DNA of 63,270 bases, the filler included, from Eremomyces bilateralis CBS 781.70 (lineage: Eukaryota), in NCBI GenBank assembly GCA_010015585.1. It is 5 parts of 4 records of this genome, joined end to end, with 100 filler letters (N's around TTAATTAATTAA, not from the genome) between each part and the next. Parts side by side here need not be neighbours in the genome. Positions count along the whole stretch, not along the records: positions 25,273 to 47,335 come from ML975203.1; 4 more parts are not named here. One strand, 5' to 3'. Below are positions 33,507-47,435 of this stretch, piece by piece. The stretch's first letter is position 1. Every line of letters starts with the position of its first letter. The notes below the pieces were generated by a model. The model ran no database searches, was not told the origin of the DNA, and saw nothing but the letters and a program-made list of their open reading frames with translations. Position numbers and translations under genes: made by a program.

Positions 33507-35207
33507 ATAACCATCCCCGGTCGCTTAACCCTAGTACGCATAATGTCTATCGTAAGCGTACATTAGCATAGAAAGATATAATTAAATTAATGATATATAC
33601 TGGGGTACGGCCGATGTAGATAATGGCTGCTATTCAAAAGGAGGATCCGAACACGCTAGTATCTGCTACCGATATTCGCGGCGAGAGGAAGGCAATTAGA
33701 GAGAAGTACTTAAATGGGAGGAGTCCGATTAAGACATTATTAGATGACCTGTCTACGCCGGAATAGGTCTTTACTATTAAGAAGGATGCGGATAATCACG
33801 TACAAAGTCTCTTCTTTGCCTACTAGAAGCAGATTAAGCTACTGCTCGCGAATCCCGATATCCTGTTGATGGACTGTACGTACCGAACCAACAAGTACAA
33901 ACTCCTACTGTTGCATATACTCGGCTGCACCAATCTGCAGACCTTCTTCTCTGTAGGGTTCTGCTTCCTCCACAGCGAGAAAGAAGCAGATTACCATTGG
34001 GTAATCTCAAACTTCCTCCTCAAGATAGGGACCCCGCAGCCACGCGTGTTTATCAGCGATCAGGAGGATGCGGTAAAACTAGTAGCTCGCACTCTATTTC
34101 CGGGTGTTCCACAACTCCTGTGCGTATGGCATATCAACAAGAATGTGCAGACAAAGGCTCAAAAGACCTGGCGAGACGCTGATGGCGTAACAAAAGAAGA
34201 GAAGCAGAGAATTGCTGAGCACCGGGCCCAATTTATGAAACGTTGGAGTCAGGTATGCTCGCTCCCCGCCAATGGCCTAAGAGGCGTTTCCAGAAGGCTT
34301 CCGGGAATGCCTCTTATAATTATTTTACAGAACTGACTGGAGCAGCTTATCTACGCAAAGAGTCCACATACATTTAAGCTAAAGTGGAACGAGTTACTCA
34401 AAGACTACGTCGACCAGCGAGAACTTTGCCAATACTTACGTGACAATCAATGGCATATATGTACCGAGTGGGCAGCTGCTTGGACGTCTCAGCATCGACA
34501 CTATAATACAATCACAACCTCTCCTGGTGAAGGAATGCATAAGGTCTTGAAGGACTACCTCATGGCTTCAACAGGCGACTTGCTGCGTGTTGTTAGAAGG
34601 ATTGAGCAGATGGTCAAGAGTCAATACAACAAGTACAAGAAACAGGTTGCTTCTTCTAAACACAGCATTAAATTCGAGCACAGACTGGAGTTAATGCCAT
34701 TCCTACCTCCTGGGATTCATGACATCCTTACGCCAGCGGCAATTGAACGCATTAGACAATAGGATCTATTACGCCAGAAGGAGCAGAGACAACGTCGTAG
34801 CGGGCGTCCTTGTTCTGGCCTCTTTAAGAAGATAAACGGTCTTCCATGTCATCATACGCTGCGAGATGTAATAAATTCTGGATCGACATTACGACCAAAT
34901 CACCTCTACGACGACCATTGGCGCTATCAACGTGAGCAAGGACGGTCAATAAGCCTCTCTCCAAGGCCATATTAATCTATCCTAGAGCCGCTTCCTGCTT
35001 AAACAAGAGGAGCGCCGAGGAAGAACAAGGCATCAACTCGTCGAGATCCATTAGCTTTTGAACGACGTGTACCGCCCTCTCTACCACAACCCCAAGGTCA
35101 AACACTCGCTGAGGTCTTACAACATACAAACACCTCTGTCGCTGTGTCAATTCCTACATCTGCACTACCTACGAATGCTATAACTCGTCGAGATCTTTCA
35201 GGCTTTG

Positions 35208-35350
35208 TGTTGGATATCAACCATCCTCTAGAGGTTGGGAGTCAGGTGACATCCCAATACGGCTAGTATCATGTGTGGTTACCTCCTATTCCTCCGAGGC
35301 CTCCCATACTCCTAGATAGATCAATCAAATCACGTATCAATACTTCTACA
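35208..35350 (+). mobile_element. Solo LTR family G (143 bp) inserted in MULE
   Basis: TGTTGG...CTACA with TSD CTTTG. Confidence 0.9.
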
Positions 35351-36337
35351 CTTTGAACGACGTGTGCCACCTTCTATCCTTCAATTTCAGCCTCCTCCTC
35401 CTCACCCCCAGGGTCAAACACTTGCTGAGGTCTTACGATACACAAACACAGCTGTTACCGTATCAGTTCCTACATCTGCACCAGCTACGAATTCTATAAC
35501 TACTTCTCCATCTATATCGATCCCTTCACCTACTCCTATATCTTCCCCTACTCCATCTTATTTGTCTTTACCTGTCTCTGTTACTGCGTCTATTACTACG
35601 GCTTAATCCCCTCTACAGCCTGCTCCGTAACCCCCGTCGTTGGAAGAGTTCTTTGCCGACATCGAGCGTCGACGACTTCAGCCTGTTCTATATAACTGCA
35701 GTGACATTAGCATAGTGATGAATTTTTTGGCAGAGACAGGGCAGGAAAACGACCCTACAGAACTAGTTGAAGCACGGGATATGGCTCTCGCGACAAGAGG
35801 GGCGTTTGCTTCCTGCACTCCAACAATGGCATAGAATTATCACTTTGGAGATATGGAAGCTTTCTATGCTGAAAAATTTGCACAAGTCGCTGCTCAAAAT
35901 CCTCTTTTTGGATCTGGAGATGTGCATAGACAGCATCCTAAGCGTGCTGCAGCAGAGACGGCTTCAAATGCTTGGAAAGGACTTAGCCCGCGCAAGAGAC
36001 AGCGACGTTAGTAGAAGATAGGCTTCATAAGGAATAGATTGAAACATTGAAGTTGTCTGTTGAAGAAGATATAGAATAATTTGCGCTAAGCCTAGTTCAG
36101 CGATTAATTTCCATCATCGCTAGCGCGGGGGGAAAATCTCACGGGGGGGCAAAATCTCAAAAGCGGGGGGGAAAATCTCACCACCCTCCTACCAACTCTC
36201 GACGGTAGCGATTCGCGCTGTTACACATTTACACCATTACATACAATACAAATACGTTGATACAGACTTCTTGATCTATTCAGTTGCCTACAGCAATCCA
36301 ATATCACCCAGGACTACCAATCCTTGACAAATTTCCT

Positions 36338-36411
36338 CTACCACTAGCGCGGGGGGAAAAATCTCATTGGGGGGACAAATGTCAAAAACGGGGGGACAAA
36401 TCTCACCAGCC
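36338..36411 (-). mobile_element. Orphan MULE right-hand TIR
   Basis: CTAGCGCGGGGGGAAAATCTCA...TCTCACCAGCC, related to the TIR ending at 36186. Confidence 0.75.
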
Positions 36412-36656
36412 AAGTGTCAAGACCACTTGTTCGCTTCGCTCTCTAGCGTCTTGGGGAGGCGGTCCATATCGTAAACTAGGTCGCCCGAATCAACTCCCAC
36501 GATGCAACCCACTATTACTCTAAATTGAGCTTTGTATTAGGTCTCTGGCTACATTGCTCTATAGCCGTACTGCTCTTTCCATCATCTGTTGGCAGGACTT
36601 TTAACGAACTTGTGCTCTTCTTCACATAGTTGCGCTTCTAAAGAGTGGCCTATACT

Positions 36657-37341
36657 ATGCCTTTACGCCTCGTGAGAGCAGTAAAAGCGGATATCCCCCA
36701 GCTGGTCGATTTGTACTTCGACACGTTTAAGAGCCCCTTGGTCCTGAAGGTGAAGCCTGATGTACCCCCCGTCCGCGAATGGTATAAGAAGAGCCTGGAA
36801 AGCGACATCGAGAAGCCACATACCCGAATATACAAGGTTGTGGAGGGCCAGGCAGAGTCGGTGCATGCATCAGACGAGATCATAGCCTTCGCCAAATGGA
36901 GCTCGCCGCACACGGAGCCTCCGCAGGAGAAACCCCCCGAGTGGCCTATGGACGGGGATATCGCGCTATTCGAGGAGGTTACTGGCAAAGCGACGGAGAA
37001 AAAGAAGAAGATAATGGGCGAGGAGGAGCATTGGTGTAAGTTATTAGACACAATACAAACAGTGTGATACGACAGTATTAAGTATTTTCGTAGACCTAAG
37101 CGTCCTCGCAACCTTGCCAAAGCACCAGCGCAGAGGCGCGGGATCGCTACTGATGAATGAATTTTGCAAGCAGGCGGATCAGACCGGGCACCGGAGTTAT
37201 GTTGAGGCGTCACCTCTCGGCAGACCGACATACCAACGGTTCGCATTTGAAACGCAGGACACGTTCAGTGTTGTGATTAACGGCGAACCATACATCGATT
37301 GCTGCATGGTGCGTGAACCACAAAGCCATCGTGAGCATTAA
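36657..37341 (+). CDS. GNAT-family N-acetyltransferase
   Basis: IIAFAKW, WYLSVLATLPKHQRRGAGSLL (acetyl-CoA motif), YVEASPLGRPTYQRFAF; intron 37036-37093. Confidence 0.9.
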
Positions 37342-37421
37342 TGTCACTAGACACGTAGTATACTACTATCTATACGATGCAGATTTTCTTGACAAATCGT
37401 GTCAGTCGAGTTGATGGAATT

Positions 37422-37610
37422 TGTGATGGATCAGAGGTCCGCAGACCTGGATGCCTTGTGGCCTTATGGCCCGTTCAGTTCTGGTTCAGGTTTGCTCTGT
37501 AAACACCAGAACAGATAAACGCCTCGCACACCTTAGATAGATTCCTCCTTCATAGCAACAATTCAATGTTTGCCTCACGATTGGAGATTCCCTACAGTGA
37601 GACCCTTACA
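37422..37610 (+). mobile_element. LTR family C variant
   Basis: Matches LTR C with a ~17-bp internal insertion; no TSD. Confidence 0.88.
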
Positions 37611-37798
37611 CTCAGAAAGATTGAGCCTCTTTAGATATTCTAAAATCCAAATCCTAACAGATACAATAAACTTAATGAGGTTCTAAGTAAAGCCTTCATT
37701 TGGGTGGCCGATGCATTTCTCTACGGGTAATCTCAATTAGAATTTAGAGTCTCTCGAATCGCATGACTTCCCGCCCAGCTCTCGTCCGTCTTCATATC

Positions 37799-40006
37799 CT
37801 ACTTTGCTGTCGCTTTTTCTTGCTCACGAGAACTAGAAAATGCGAAACCAGCTTCTCCACCATCAAGGCCATTATTATGAATATCCGTCGTAACCTCACT
37901 ACCTTCAATGCCCTTTGTTTCGTTCGCAATTGTCGGCTCCGTACCCTTATCCCGGCGGTGGACCGGAACGAAGATATCGTAATACCTCGGCATAACAAAA
38001 CCAAGAATGATAAGAACCAGACCGAGATGCGCGAGAATGAAGCCGGCAACCATCATCGGGTCATTCTTTAGGGTCTTGAACTCGGGATACGCAAAACTGA
38101 AGATGATTGCTAAGACAGGACCACTGATATAACGGAGCAGGAGTGGTAGAAAAACGGGGATATTCCAGTTGCTACCTCCGCCAACGATGACGTTTAAATC
38201 TCGCCGCAGTTGATTGCCCTGTTTTAAGTTAATCTGGATCAAGGACGAGGAAATAACGTTGCTTACTGAATAAAACGCTAAGAACCAGAACCGGCTCAGG
38301 AACACGTTCGCATTCCAGAAACTAGGTGCTCTGGAATTGGGAGTCTCCGCGATGAGGGATGACGCAATGGCACAGACGATATAGAAGCCTATGCCCGCCT
38401 CAGCTCCAGCTCCTGGGTTGCTGATGCCATGCGCAATCGAAATGCCAATGACTATCCCTCCGAAATATCCAAGATTGTAGACAGCGAATGCAGGTAGACC
38501 AGTTTGGCTGGTGATATCGCTCCAACGGTAGACAGTGGTAGCGCTGACCACCTCACTCCAAACAATGAAGATGAGAGCTACATTATTAACCCATCTGTCA
38601 ATGCCATCGAGAAGGTAATAACCAAATTCCGTGCAGTATGGAATGCACATCAAGAATGAAACCAGTGTTAGCACGGTGACAACAACGGGACGCGAGTACT
38701 TGAGGCCAGAGTCGACGACCAAGGTGGCTGCAACGTCCAGCATGACAAAGGCCGAGCTGAACCCGAGTACGACAAGGGTGAAGAACAACAGAACCGCCCA
38801 GAAGTTCGCTCCGGGCATCTGAAGCACTGCTTCTGGAAGAGTCAGGAATCCGACGACAAAAGCACCAAGTCGGACCCCATCCTGCGGCCATCTTCGAAGA
38901 TATCCAACAACGCCAAAGACTGCAAATGCAGCAAAGTTCTCGAACAAAACATTGGATCCACAGATGAGGACAGCGTCCATGACGGCATTTGAGTGCTTTG
39001 CATTGTACGATGCATACGATGTGAAGTATCCGAAGCCAATTCCGGTGGAGAAGAATACCTGTCCGACGGCAGTTTGCCAGACTGTGCCGGACGCCAACTG
39101 GTCACTTCTCCAAGTCGCCCAGAGTAGTCTTACACCTGCTGCAGCATTCTCTAGGGACAGAGCACGGCCAACAAAGATGATCGTCGTTACGATAGGCAGA
39201 CCCATGGTGAAGTAGACGACGCGGCCGGTCAAGCCAACTCCGCGGAAGATGGAGACCCAGATAAGAAACCAGATGAACATACTCCAGCCGACAGTTTCCC
39301 CAAGGACCTTGGTACTTGGGTATTTAAGAAAGCTTCCGTTTTCGACTGGATCTACATTGTGGATAATATCATTCCAGTAGAACTCCTCGATTCGGCCCTC
39401 CCATGGCAACGGGCTAGTAAATGAATGTCGAAAATAGTTCATAATCCAGGCCAGGTTGACTGTGAAATACTGGACGACGATAAAGGACACGAAGACCGGT
39501 CCCATTCCAACACCTTTTAGTCTCCTGTTGATGTTGTTGACTAAAGACAGTTAGTACTAAGAAACATATGTACCTAGGTGCTACATTAGGTTCGAGCTAG
39601 AAGGCTAAACTGCCTCTGGAAAGGTCTTAAGAGTCAAATCTCTGCAGATCATCTACCAGGGATAGCTTAGGGCAAGGGGTAGACTACAAGGTGATAAGAT
39701 CGCGGCTCAATACTTACAGGCAATGACAGTTCCACCGCGATATGCCTGGCCGATAGAGATCTCCAGAATCAGGGTCGGAATGGCAATAAGGAACACAGCC
39801 ATTAAATACGGGATGAACCACTGTAGCCCATAGTTGTTATAAACAACAGAAGGGTACCGCAACAGGTTTCCCTGTCCCGCACATCCTCCCATTGCAGCAA
39901 GAAGGAAGGCAGCTCGTGAAGGCCATTGATCACGGCCATCGTCTGATTTTGGAGGAGGAGGAGCAAGCCAGGCCCCAATCCTCTTGAGGTACTGTACGAC
40001 CACCAT
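37799..40006 (-). CDS. Sodium:neurotransmitter symporter family (SLC6/NSS) transporter
   Basis: RDQWPSRAAFLLAAMGGCAGQGNLLRYP, LEISIGQ, VWQTAVGQVFFSTGIGFG..YASYN, many TM helices; introns at ~39543-39716 and ~38219-38265. Confidence 0.92.
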
Positions 40007-40935
40007 GATCGTTGTTGGACTTGTGAATCAGCTTAGGGATAAGTAAATAGAGGAAGAGGAAGGATCCGAATGGCTGGTATTCGGGATTCGCGGGACAATG
40101 GTCGCGTTTTTGTCCCCTGATTTTGTATGGCTAAGCTTTGCCAAGTGGTGAGAGACATCCATGGTGTCATGTTCAAAAGCTGGGACGTGGGGTTAGAGAG
40201 GACTAGCAGGCTGTTTTCGGTCTTGTACATGGTTCCCGGCGGGGCAATGGGCAACGGAGAAGGACGCTTATTCATGATTCAATCAATCAATCGCTACTGG
40301 GAAGGAATTATGGGAGTCTACGACTTTCATGTGTGGGGAGAAGCTCACGGCAAAGCTATCTCATGGCGTGGGGTCGGGGACCCCGGAAACAGTTACAAGA
40401 TCAAATCTCGGAGGAGGGAAGGGGCAGAGAGCCAAGTCCCGATCCCACAGAACTTGGCGTCCAGTGGGTCCTTGGCATGGGCAACTCTTGGTCATGATCT
40501 ACATCTCAAGACCCACCCGGCTCGAAAACTCACATTTCGTGATTATGACGTCGCGTTGCGTGCTCGAGATTGAGTCTGATTTTGCTTCATCGGCAAACTA
40601 TTTTTCATTTCAAGGCCTGATTGGATGCAGTGGATGCCGTGGATGCGCGGATGCCCTGATTCTATGTACCCTGTTTGGATGCAGCGGGTGCCCCCTGCAA
40701 AAACTGGATGCCGTGTAGATGTATTAGCGGATATCTGTTGCGGTTACAACAGGGCGCGGGGGGGTGTTTTTTTATCCGGTCATCGACCGCTGAGTACGCT
40801 AATCCGGTTTTGGACGGCTAATTCACGAACAACAAGCGAAATTATATACGTTTTTCTTTGCAACTGATAAATCTAAATCTAATCGACAGTCTCTATGTGG
40901 TTTCTCTATTAAACGTTCCTAAATTTCCAACGTCT

Positions 40936-41098
40936 TGTTATGGTTCCAGGCCTGTGGCCTGTCTCCTGAATGATAGTCACGTGACTAAGTCAACTGTCGA
41001 AGTCTTGGACATCGCGCACGCGTCGTAGATAGCTCTTCTTCTTTAGCTTTGCAATAAATGAAAGTGGTTCTCGTAACTTCTGCGATCAAACCGTCTCA
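40936..41098 (+). mobile_element. LTR family E (163 bp)
   Basis: TGTTATGG...GTCTCA; second copy inverted at 51104-51266; no TSD here; abuts the truncated MULE. Confidence 0.88.
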
Positions 41099-42502
41099 GA
41101 TACAGCGTAAAGAAGTTCAGTAAAGGCAGCCAATATGGTCTGACCGTACTTCCTGAGATCTCCGAGAAAACCGCTTGGCACGCCCGTGACTGATTTGGAT
41201 ATCCTCGCCTGCCAGTTCTTCTCTGTGTGCCAGGCACATAGGCGATGCGGAACGCCTGGAAAGACGCGTTCTAGACCATTGATCAAAGCCTTCTCTTTAT
41301 CTGTCAGGATAAGACGAGGAATTTTACGCTCAGGGAGTGTGACAGTCTTGGGCTTCGCCCAGTCTGTGTGTTGTGGCCTTGCGGCCTAAGGCAGAAGGCT
41401 GAGGGATGGGTAGACCGTTTGCCCACAGATGTAAATAGCAGATCGCAGTAAGAGAGATCTTCTCCTTCTCTCTTTAGCAATTCAACAGCGTTACCAGCTT
41501 ACCAAATCCTTCGTGGTTTGGGCCCATGACAGGGAGAGCCTGAACGAGTGTCTCTAACGCCCATAAGTAGTCCCCCTCCGATTCTGTAGAGAGGAAGGCG
41601 AAGGCTAGGTGGAAAGGGCGCCTATTTGAGCTCATCCCGACGATGTGGAAAAGAGGCATATGGAACTTGTTCGTCTTGTACGTACAATCCATTAAGAGTA
41701 CGTCAAAGTTATCCTTAAAGATCTCTAGGCTTTTATGGTGTGTAAAGAACAGAGATCGTAAGTGTTCATCTTCATCTAGTTCGTATTTGACCTTGAAATC
41801 AGACTCAGTCTCCAACGCACGGATGGTGGCTTGGATAAGTGTCTCCTCACCGGCCCGAATTCCCCTTAAACGCGCACAAAGATTGGCGACATCGCGAGGT
41901 CGTACGGATGTATTTGGGTGAGTCCGCCGGTAATCTTCATATAGAGTCTTTGGCTTCGTCCTAGCAACTAACAGGTCTTGAATCCGATTGCGGGCAACGG
42001 GAGAAAGCCTCCTATGGCAGCGATGAGCCAATGGCGATACAATAGGATGATTATGTTCGACAGGAGCTCCGCTAACCCGCCATAACTCAATATCTCTATC
42101 GAAGTGCGCGGTAACCGTCCATAGACAGCCTGTCTTCTGTGTAGATGTCCGACGAGACCCGATCTTTGCTTTACTTCTGAACGCTCCTCCACGGTCGCAC
42201 TGGTAGATAACCGCCCTAGTCTTCCCTTGCTTGTTCGGCTTCGATCGGAGTATTGAGATGCCAAAGTTCCTTGCTCTTACAAAGATAAGGAGGTCTCGGT
42301 ATGCTTCCTCCTTTGAGCCCCATCCCAGTGTTCCTTCTGGTGGTTGTGGTATGTCGGATTCGCGATAATTAGAGGTAGATTCGGAAGCAGATTCTACATC
42401 GCCATCGACAATGATGTCGTTAGAACGCGCGGATTCCGTGTCGGAGTACCCATTGAAGCTTGAGGCAGAGTCGTCGTCTGGAGGCGGAGGAGACGTTTCC
42501 AT
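41099..42502 (-). pseudogene. MULE transposase (FAR1-like + DDE), split by solo LTR A and truncated by LTR E
   Basis: YQCDRGG, KTGC, EHNH, MDCTYKTNKF, ILTDKE, LCAWH. Confidence 0.9.
41338..41531 (+). mobile_element. Solo LTR family A
   Basis: TSD GGGAG at 41333-41337 and 41532-41536. Confidence 0.95.
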
Positions 42503-42600
42503 GGCCGTACAGCCACGCCTTGACTGTGGGAGAGTGGTCGAAAGGATGCTTAACAGGAAGCTCGAATTAATGCCTTTCAGATGCTTCGGAATAGCTTCAA

Positions 42601-42706
42601 GGCTACTGAAATTTGTCCCCAATATTTTGAGATTTGTCCCCCCTTTGGGATTTGTCCCCAACGCTAGTAATAATGGAAATTAATCGCTCAACTAGGCCTA
42701 GCGCGT
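42601..42706 (+). mobile_element. Orphan MULE left-hand TIR
   Basis: GGCTACTGAAATTTGTCCCC...CGCTAG..ATGGAAATTAATCGCTCAACT..GCCTAGCGCG, related to 32313-32419 and pointing rightwards. Confidence 0.75.
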
Positions 42707-43256
42707 GACCTCCCAGAGCAGGGGATCAACCCAAATACGCCAGCGGCAATTCAACCAATCAGAGCGCTTTTTTGGCTCAATATCACGTGGGGGGTGGATT
42801 GAGTGTCACGTGGTGGGGTGGATCGATGCGTTCCCCAAAACCAATGGTAGGTGGTTGATTTGAGACCAGGGGGTTCCCTAGAAGGATAAACTGACCCTTT
42901 TGATTCCGTCCTTTTCAATATCCAGGGAGGGGAAGGTTTTTTGTGCCTGCCATCCTGTCTTCATCCCGCCTTTCATGCTATATACCCGTGACAGCCATCA
43001 GTTCCTGGCAGTTCCCGGAGGGACTTGGTAAGACCGTCGGCGACCATTTCAGACGTGGAAATCCATTCAACATTGAGATCACCGGTCTGGACTTCTTGAC
43101 GTAGCCAGAACTAATGGATATCAACGTGACGGAGGCGTGAGGTAAGCAAAGGAGTTGGCTTAGAGACGATACCAACGGTCTGCTTATTGTTACATTAAAT
43201 CGTGAGCTCTTGTTCTAGATCAAATCTAAGTTGACTAAAGAGACGGTTTATCGCGA

Positions 43257-44530
43257 TCACTTCGCGTGTAGCCTAGGAGAGTGTAAGGAGCTTAGCTTTA
43301 GTGGTAGAGGTCGTAACCACGGTCTAACGTGCGGATTACCAACAAACGGGGCCGTTGAATAGGAAAATGATATATCCATTAGAAGACTTTCGAGTCTCTG
43401 GATCATTAGCGAAGGATACGTTAGATACAGCTTGGACGGGAAGCGACATAGCATCTAGAGGAGGTTGTGAAGTTCCGGAGTATTCAAGCGCGTAGAATTT
43501 CGTCGTCTTTAGGTAGGCGATACAGCGATCAGCCTCCTCTATATGCCTTGAAGACGGATTGAGGTTGTGACGAGAAAGCTTGGATACCGCAAGGGCGATA
43601 TCAGGGCGTGTGGTCACAGCGGCATATACAAGAGATTCAACCTTCTGCTGGTACCCTTGGATAGAACGAGCGGATGCGGTTCCTTCGTATCGTTGATCGG
43701 AGAAGTCGTGGGAAAGGGGTGAATTTACAGGTGCTGTTATGGTCCCAGGCCTGCGGCCTGTTCCCTTGGTTGTGGCTGAAGACGTGGCTGGTGGATTATA
43801 TCAGAGAAGCAAACAAACATGGTAACACAGCAGTAGGGCATTGGAGAGGAGAGTCGCTATCTCGCGCACAAAGGTGCCGGGAGATTTCTTCTCTCTCTCT
43901 CTCTCTCTTCAGTTTAGATTAATGGAACTTGGTAATCGCAGACCTTGCGCATCCAGACCGTGTCAGGTGCAGCCTCTCCCGATAGAACTTATTGACCATC
44001 TTATCAACGTAGGCGTCTTGACAGAGCCAGACTTTCCGTTGGGCACGATTACGGACGATGCGGATACCTAGGAAAACCTCGATATCACCGAGAAGCCGGG
44101 ACTCGAATCGTGCGGTAAGTTTACGGAAAAACTCATCGATCAGTAGACGATTTAACTTCGAGCCGAATACGAGGATATCGTCAACGTAGACAAAGATAAT
44201 AAGCGATGGGGACATGAATACGCAGGGGTCCTCGGTGATTGCTGTAAAACCGAGGGTAGAGAGGAACTCAGAGATGGTTTCGAACCATAGCTTTGGGGAC
44301 TTGCGGAGTCCGTAGAGGGCTCTCTTGACGAGGAAGCAGCGTCGTTTATAACCAAAGCCTTCGGGGTAACGGATGTAGACCTCGCTGTCTTGAATCGCAT
44401 TAGCGAATACATTCGTAACATTAGCGGCAACGCATTCAAGGTTAAAGGCGGCTATAAGAGCCATTAGGACGCGGAAGGTAGAGTACGCGCTAGCGGCAGC
44501 GTAAAGATCGTCTCGATTCTGGATAAATTA
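43257..44530 (-). pseudogene. Copia RT / RNase H fragment
   Basis: ALYGLRKSPKLW, YVDD, FLGIRI, TRPDIA, and a degenerate RNase H (SNVSFAND..RKS.NGY). Confidence 0.92.
43735..43965 (+). mobile_element. Solo LTR family F inserted in Copia
   Basis: TSD GGTGC; second copy at 52877-53105. Confidence 0.93.
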
Positions 44531-44533
44531 AAG

Positions 44534-47335
44534 GGCTGGTGATATTTTCCCACCAGGTTTTGTTATTTTCCCACCAAATGCTATTTTCCCACCACGCTAG
44601 CAATGGTGGAAATTAAATTCTTAATTAGGACTAGCTCCTCCTAATCCTACCAGCGCTGGTATACTCCACATGTCACTATTGTCACCTCTTTTCTACTGAG
44701 GAAGTTTGAAGCGCATCTCAAAAGCCTCGTCCTATTGATGTATCAAAGCTACTAACGTCGCTGTCTCTTGCGCGGGCTAAGCCCTTTCCAAGCATTTGAA
44801 GCCATCTCTGCTGCAGCACGTCTAGGACGCTCTCTGCCCATATCCGGAGAGCTGAAAAGCTGATTTCGAGCATCAACTTGTGCGAAACGTTCGGTATAGA
44901 AGGCTTCAATATCCCCAAACTGGTGATTCCATACCATTATAGGTGTGTAGGAAGTAAACGGTCCTCTTGTAGCAAGAGCCATATTCCGTGCTTCAACCAG
45001 TTCCATCGGGTCGTTTCCTTGTCCTGTCTCGGCCAAAAAACTCGAAAAACTATTTATATTGCTGTAGTCCGATAGGACGGGCTGCAGCCGTCGACGCTCG
45101 ATATCAGCTATAAACTCTTCTAACGTAGGAGGTTGCCAGGTAGGCTGCTGATAAGATAGGGATTTAGTAATAGACGAAGATAGAGGAGAAGGAGAAGACA
45201 CCGGAATAGGTGCAGGGGCCGGTAAAGACACAGAAGTAGTTGCAACAGTCGTGGCTGGTGTAGATGTAGTCAGTGTAGGGAAAGGCGCAGGGGTCGAGAA
45301 AGAGATAGAAGTCGTTACAGCAGTCGTAGACAGTATAGAGGTAGAAACCGACACGGGAACAGGTGCAGGTACTGAGAAAGAGACAGAAGTCGTTATACAA
45401 GCTACAGCTGGGGTAGATATAGGAACAGCGGTGCTAAGCTGCCGTAGGATCTCAGCAAGTGTTTGACCCTAGGGTTAAGGAGGAGGCTAAAATTGAGGGA
45501 TAGAAGGTGGTACAAGTCGTTCAAAAGCTGATGGATCTCGACGAGTCGAAGCCTCGTTCCTCCTCGGCGCACCTCTTGTTTAAGCAGGAAGCGGCTCTAG
45601 AATAGATTGATATGGCCTTGGAGAGAGACTTATTGACCGTCCTTGCTCACGCTGATAGCGCCAATGATCGTCGTAAAGGTGATTTAGTCGTAACGTCGAT
45701 CCAGAGTTTATTATGTCTCGTAGCGTATGATGACATNNNNNNNNNNNNNNNNNNNNNNNNNNNNNNNNNNNNNNNNNNNNNNNNNNNNNNNNNNNNNNNN
45801 NNNNNNNNNNNNNNNNNNNNNNNNNNNNNNNNNNNNNNNNNNNNNNNNNNNNNNNNNNNNNNNNNNNNNNNNNNNNNNNNNNNNNNNNNNNNNNNNNNNN
45901 NNNNNNNNNNNNNNNNNNNNNNNNNNNNNNNNNNNNNNNNNNNNNNNNNNNNNNNNNNNNNNNNNNNNNNNNNNNNNNNNNNNNNNNNNNNNNNNNNNNN
46001 NNNNNNNNNNNNNNNNNNNNNNNNNNNNNNNNNNNNNNNNNNNNNNNNNNNNNNNNNNNNNNNNNNNNNNNNNNNNNNNNNNNNNNNNNNNNNNNNCTCT
46101 AGTTAGTTCTATAAAAGACTTATAAGAGGCCATTAGAGGTGAGCATACCTGACTCCAACGTTTTATGAATTGAGCCCGTTTCTCAGCGATTCTCTCCTTC
46201 TCCTCTTTTGTTGCGCCATCAGCGTCTCGCCAGGTCTTCTGAGCCTTTGTCTGTACATTCTTGTTAATATGCCATACGCATAGGAGTTGTGGAACACCTG
46301 GAAACAGAGTGCGAGCTGCCAGTTTCACCGCATCCTCTTGATCGCTAATGAACACGCGTGGCTGCGGTGTCCCTGTCTTAAGGAGGAAGTTTGAGATTGC
46401 CCAATGGTAATCTGCTTCTTTCTCGCTATAGAGGAAGCAGAACCCTGCAGAGAAGAAGGTCTATAGATTAGTGCAGCCGAGTATGTGTAACAGTGGGAGT
46501 TTATACTTGTTGGTTCGGTACGTACAGTCTATCAATAGGACGTCGGGATTCGCAAGCAGTAGCTCGATCTGCTTCTGGTGGGCAAAGAAGAGGCCTTATA
46601 CGTGATGATCCGCATCCTTCTTAACAGTAAAGACCCATTCCGGCGTAGACAGGTCATCTAGTAATGTCTCAATCGGACTCCTCCTATTTAAGTGCTTCTC
46701 TCTGATCGTCTTCCTCTCGTTACGAATATCGGTGGCAGAGACGAGTATTTCCGGATCCTCCTTTTGAATAGCAGCCATTATCTGCATCGGACGTACCCCA
46801 GCATATGTCATCGATTCGACTATATCTTTTTATGCTGACGTACGTCTGCGATAGACATTATGCGCACTAGGGTTGAGTGATCGGGGGTGGTTATAATGGC
46901 TATGTTGAACCTCTAACTTCCACTGGTCGTTGTCGTCTAATACCTTTATCTTAAAGATAACAAGCTTAAAAGGACATCCTATTGCGCGCGTGCTTGTGCT
47001 TCGAACCCTTGCTCTTGACTGATAGTTTCCGGATCGATCGCAGGAGTAGTAGTATCGTGTCTTTACATCAGAGTAGTGAGGTCTACTCCGGTTGAGCAGG
47101 AAGCCATAGCCATGCTGTATTCCATGGTTCCGAAGAGAATCGTAGGCTTCTTCGTAGGACGCGTAAAGGCAATCTAGAGGAGGGGCAATATCCTCTATGC
47201 TGGGATATCTGAGGAGAGTATCATCTCCGGTATATAGAGATCTTTGAAGAAGGAAAAGAGTGAAGGATTCGAAGTTTTGACATTCTCAGGGGAAGACCAA
47301 AAAATTTAGCTAGTCCTAATTAAGAATTTAATTTC
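44534..47335 (-). mobile_element. MULE transposon, paralogue of 32313-36186, RIP-inactivated, with internal gap
   Basis: TIR GGCTGGTGATATTTTCCCACC... at 44534 and partial inverted TIR at 47308-47335; transposase relic ~47198-44752. Confidence 0.9.
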
Positions 47336-47435
47336 NNNNNNNNNNNNNNNNNNNNNNNNNNNNNNNNNNNNNNNNNNNNTTAATTAATTAANNNNNNNNN
47401 NNNNNNNNNNNNNNNNNNNNNNNNNNNNNNNNNNN

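Larger units (their letters stand above)
32313..36186 (+). mobile_element. MULE (Mutator-like) transposon, RIP-inactivated, ~105-bp TIRs
   Basis: TIRs GGCTGGTGAGATTTTCCCCCC... at 32313-32419 and inverted at ~36082-36186; transposase relic 33036-36011 (MDCTYRTNKY, FISDQE, LCVWH); no TSD found. Confidence 0.92.

Noticed and set aside
41474..42661. 395-aa ORF as a complete gene
   Set aside because: Chimeric: it starts in a foreign TIR and ends in solo LTR A; the true transposase continues at 41332.
42707..43256. CCAAT/CACGTG-rich segment right of the orphan MULE TIR
   Set aside because: Probably TE-internal, but there is no partner terminus, TSD or ORF to support a call.
45612..46355. ORFs spanning N gaps (also 53324-54199)
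   Set aside because: Artefacts of translating unknown bases.
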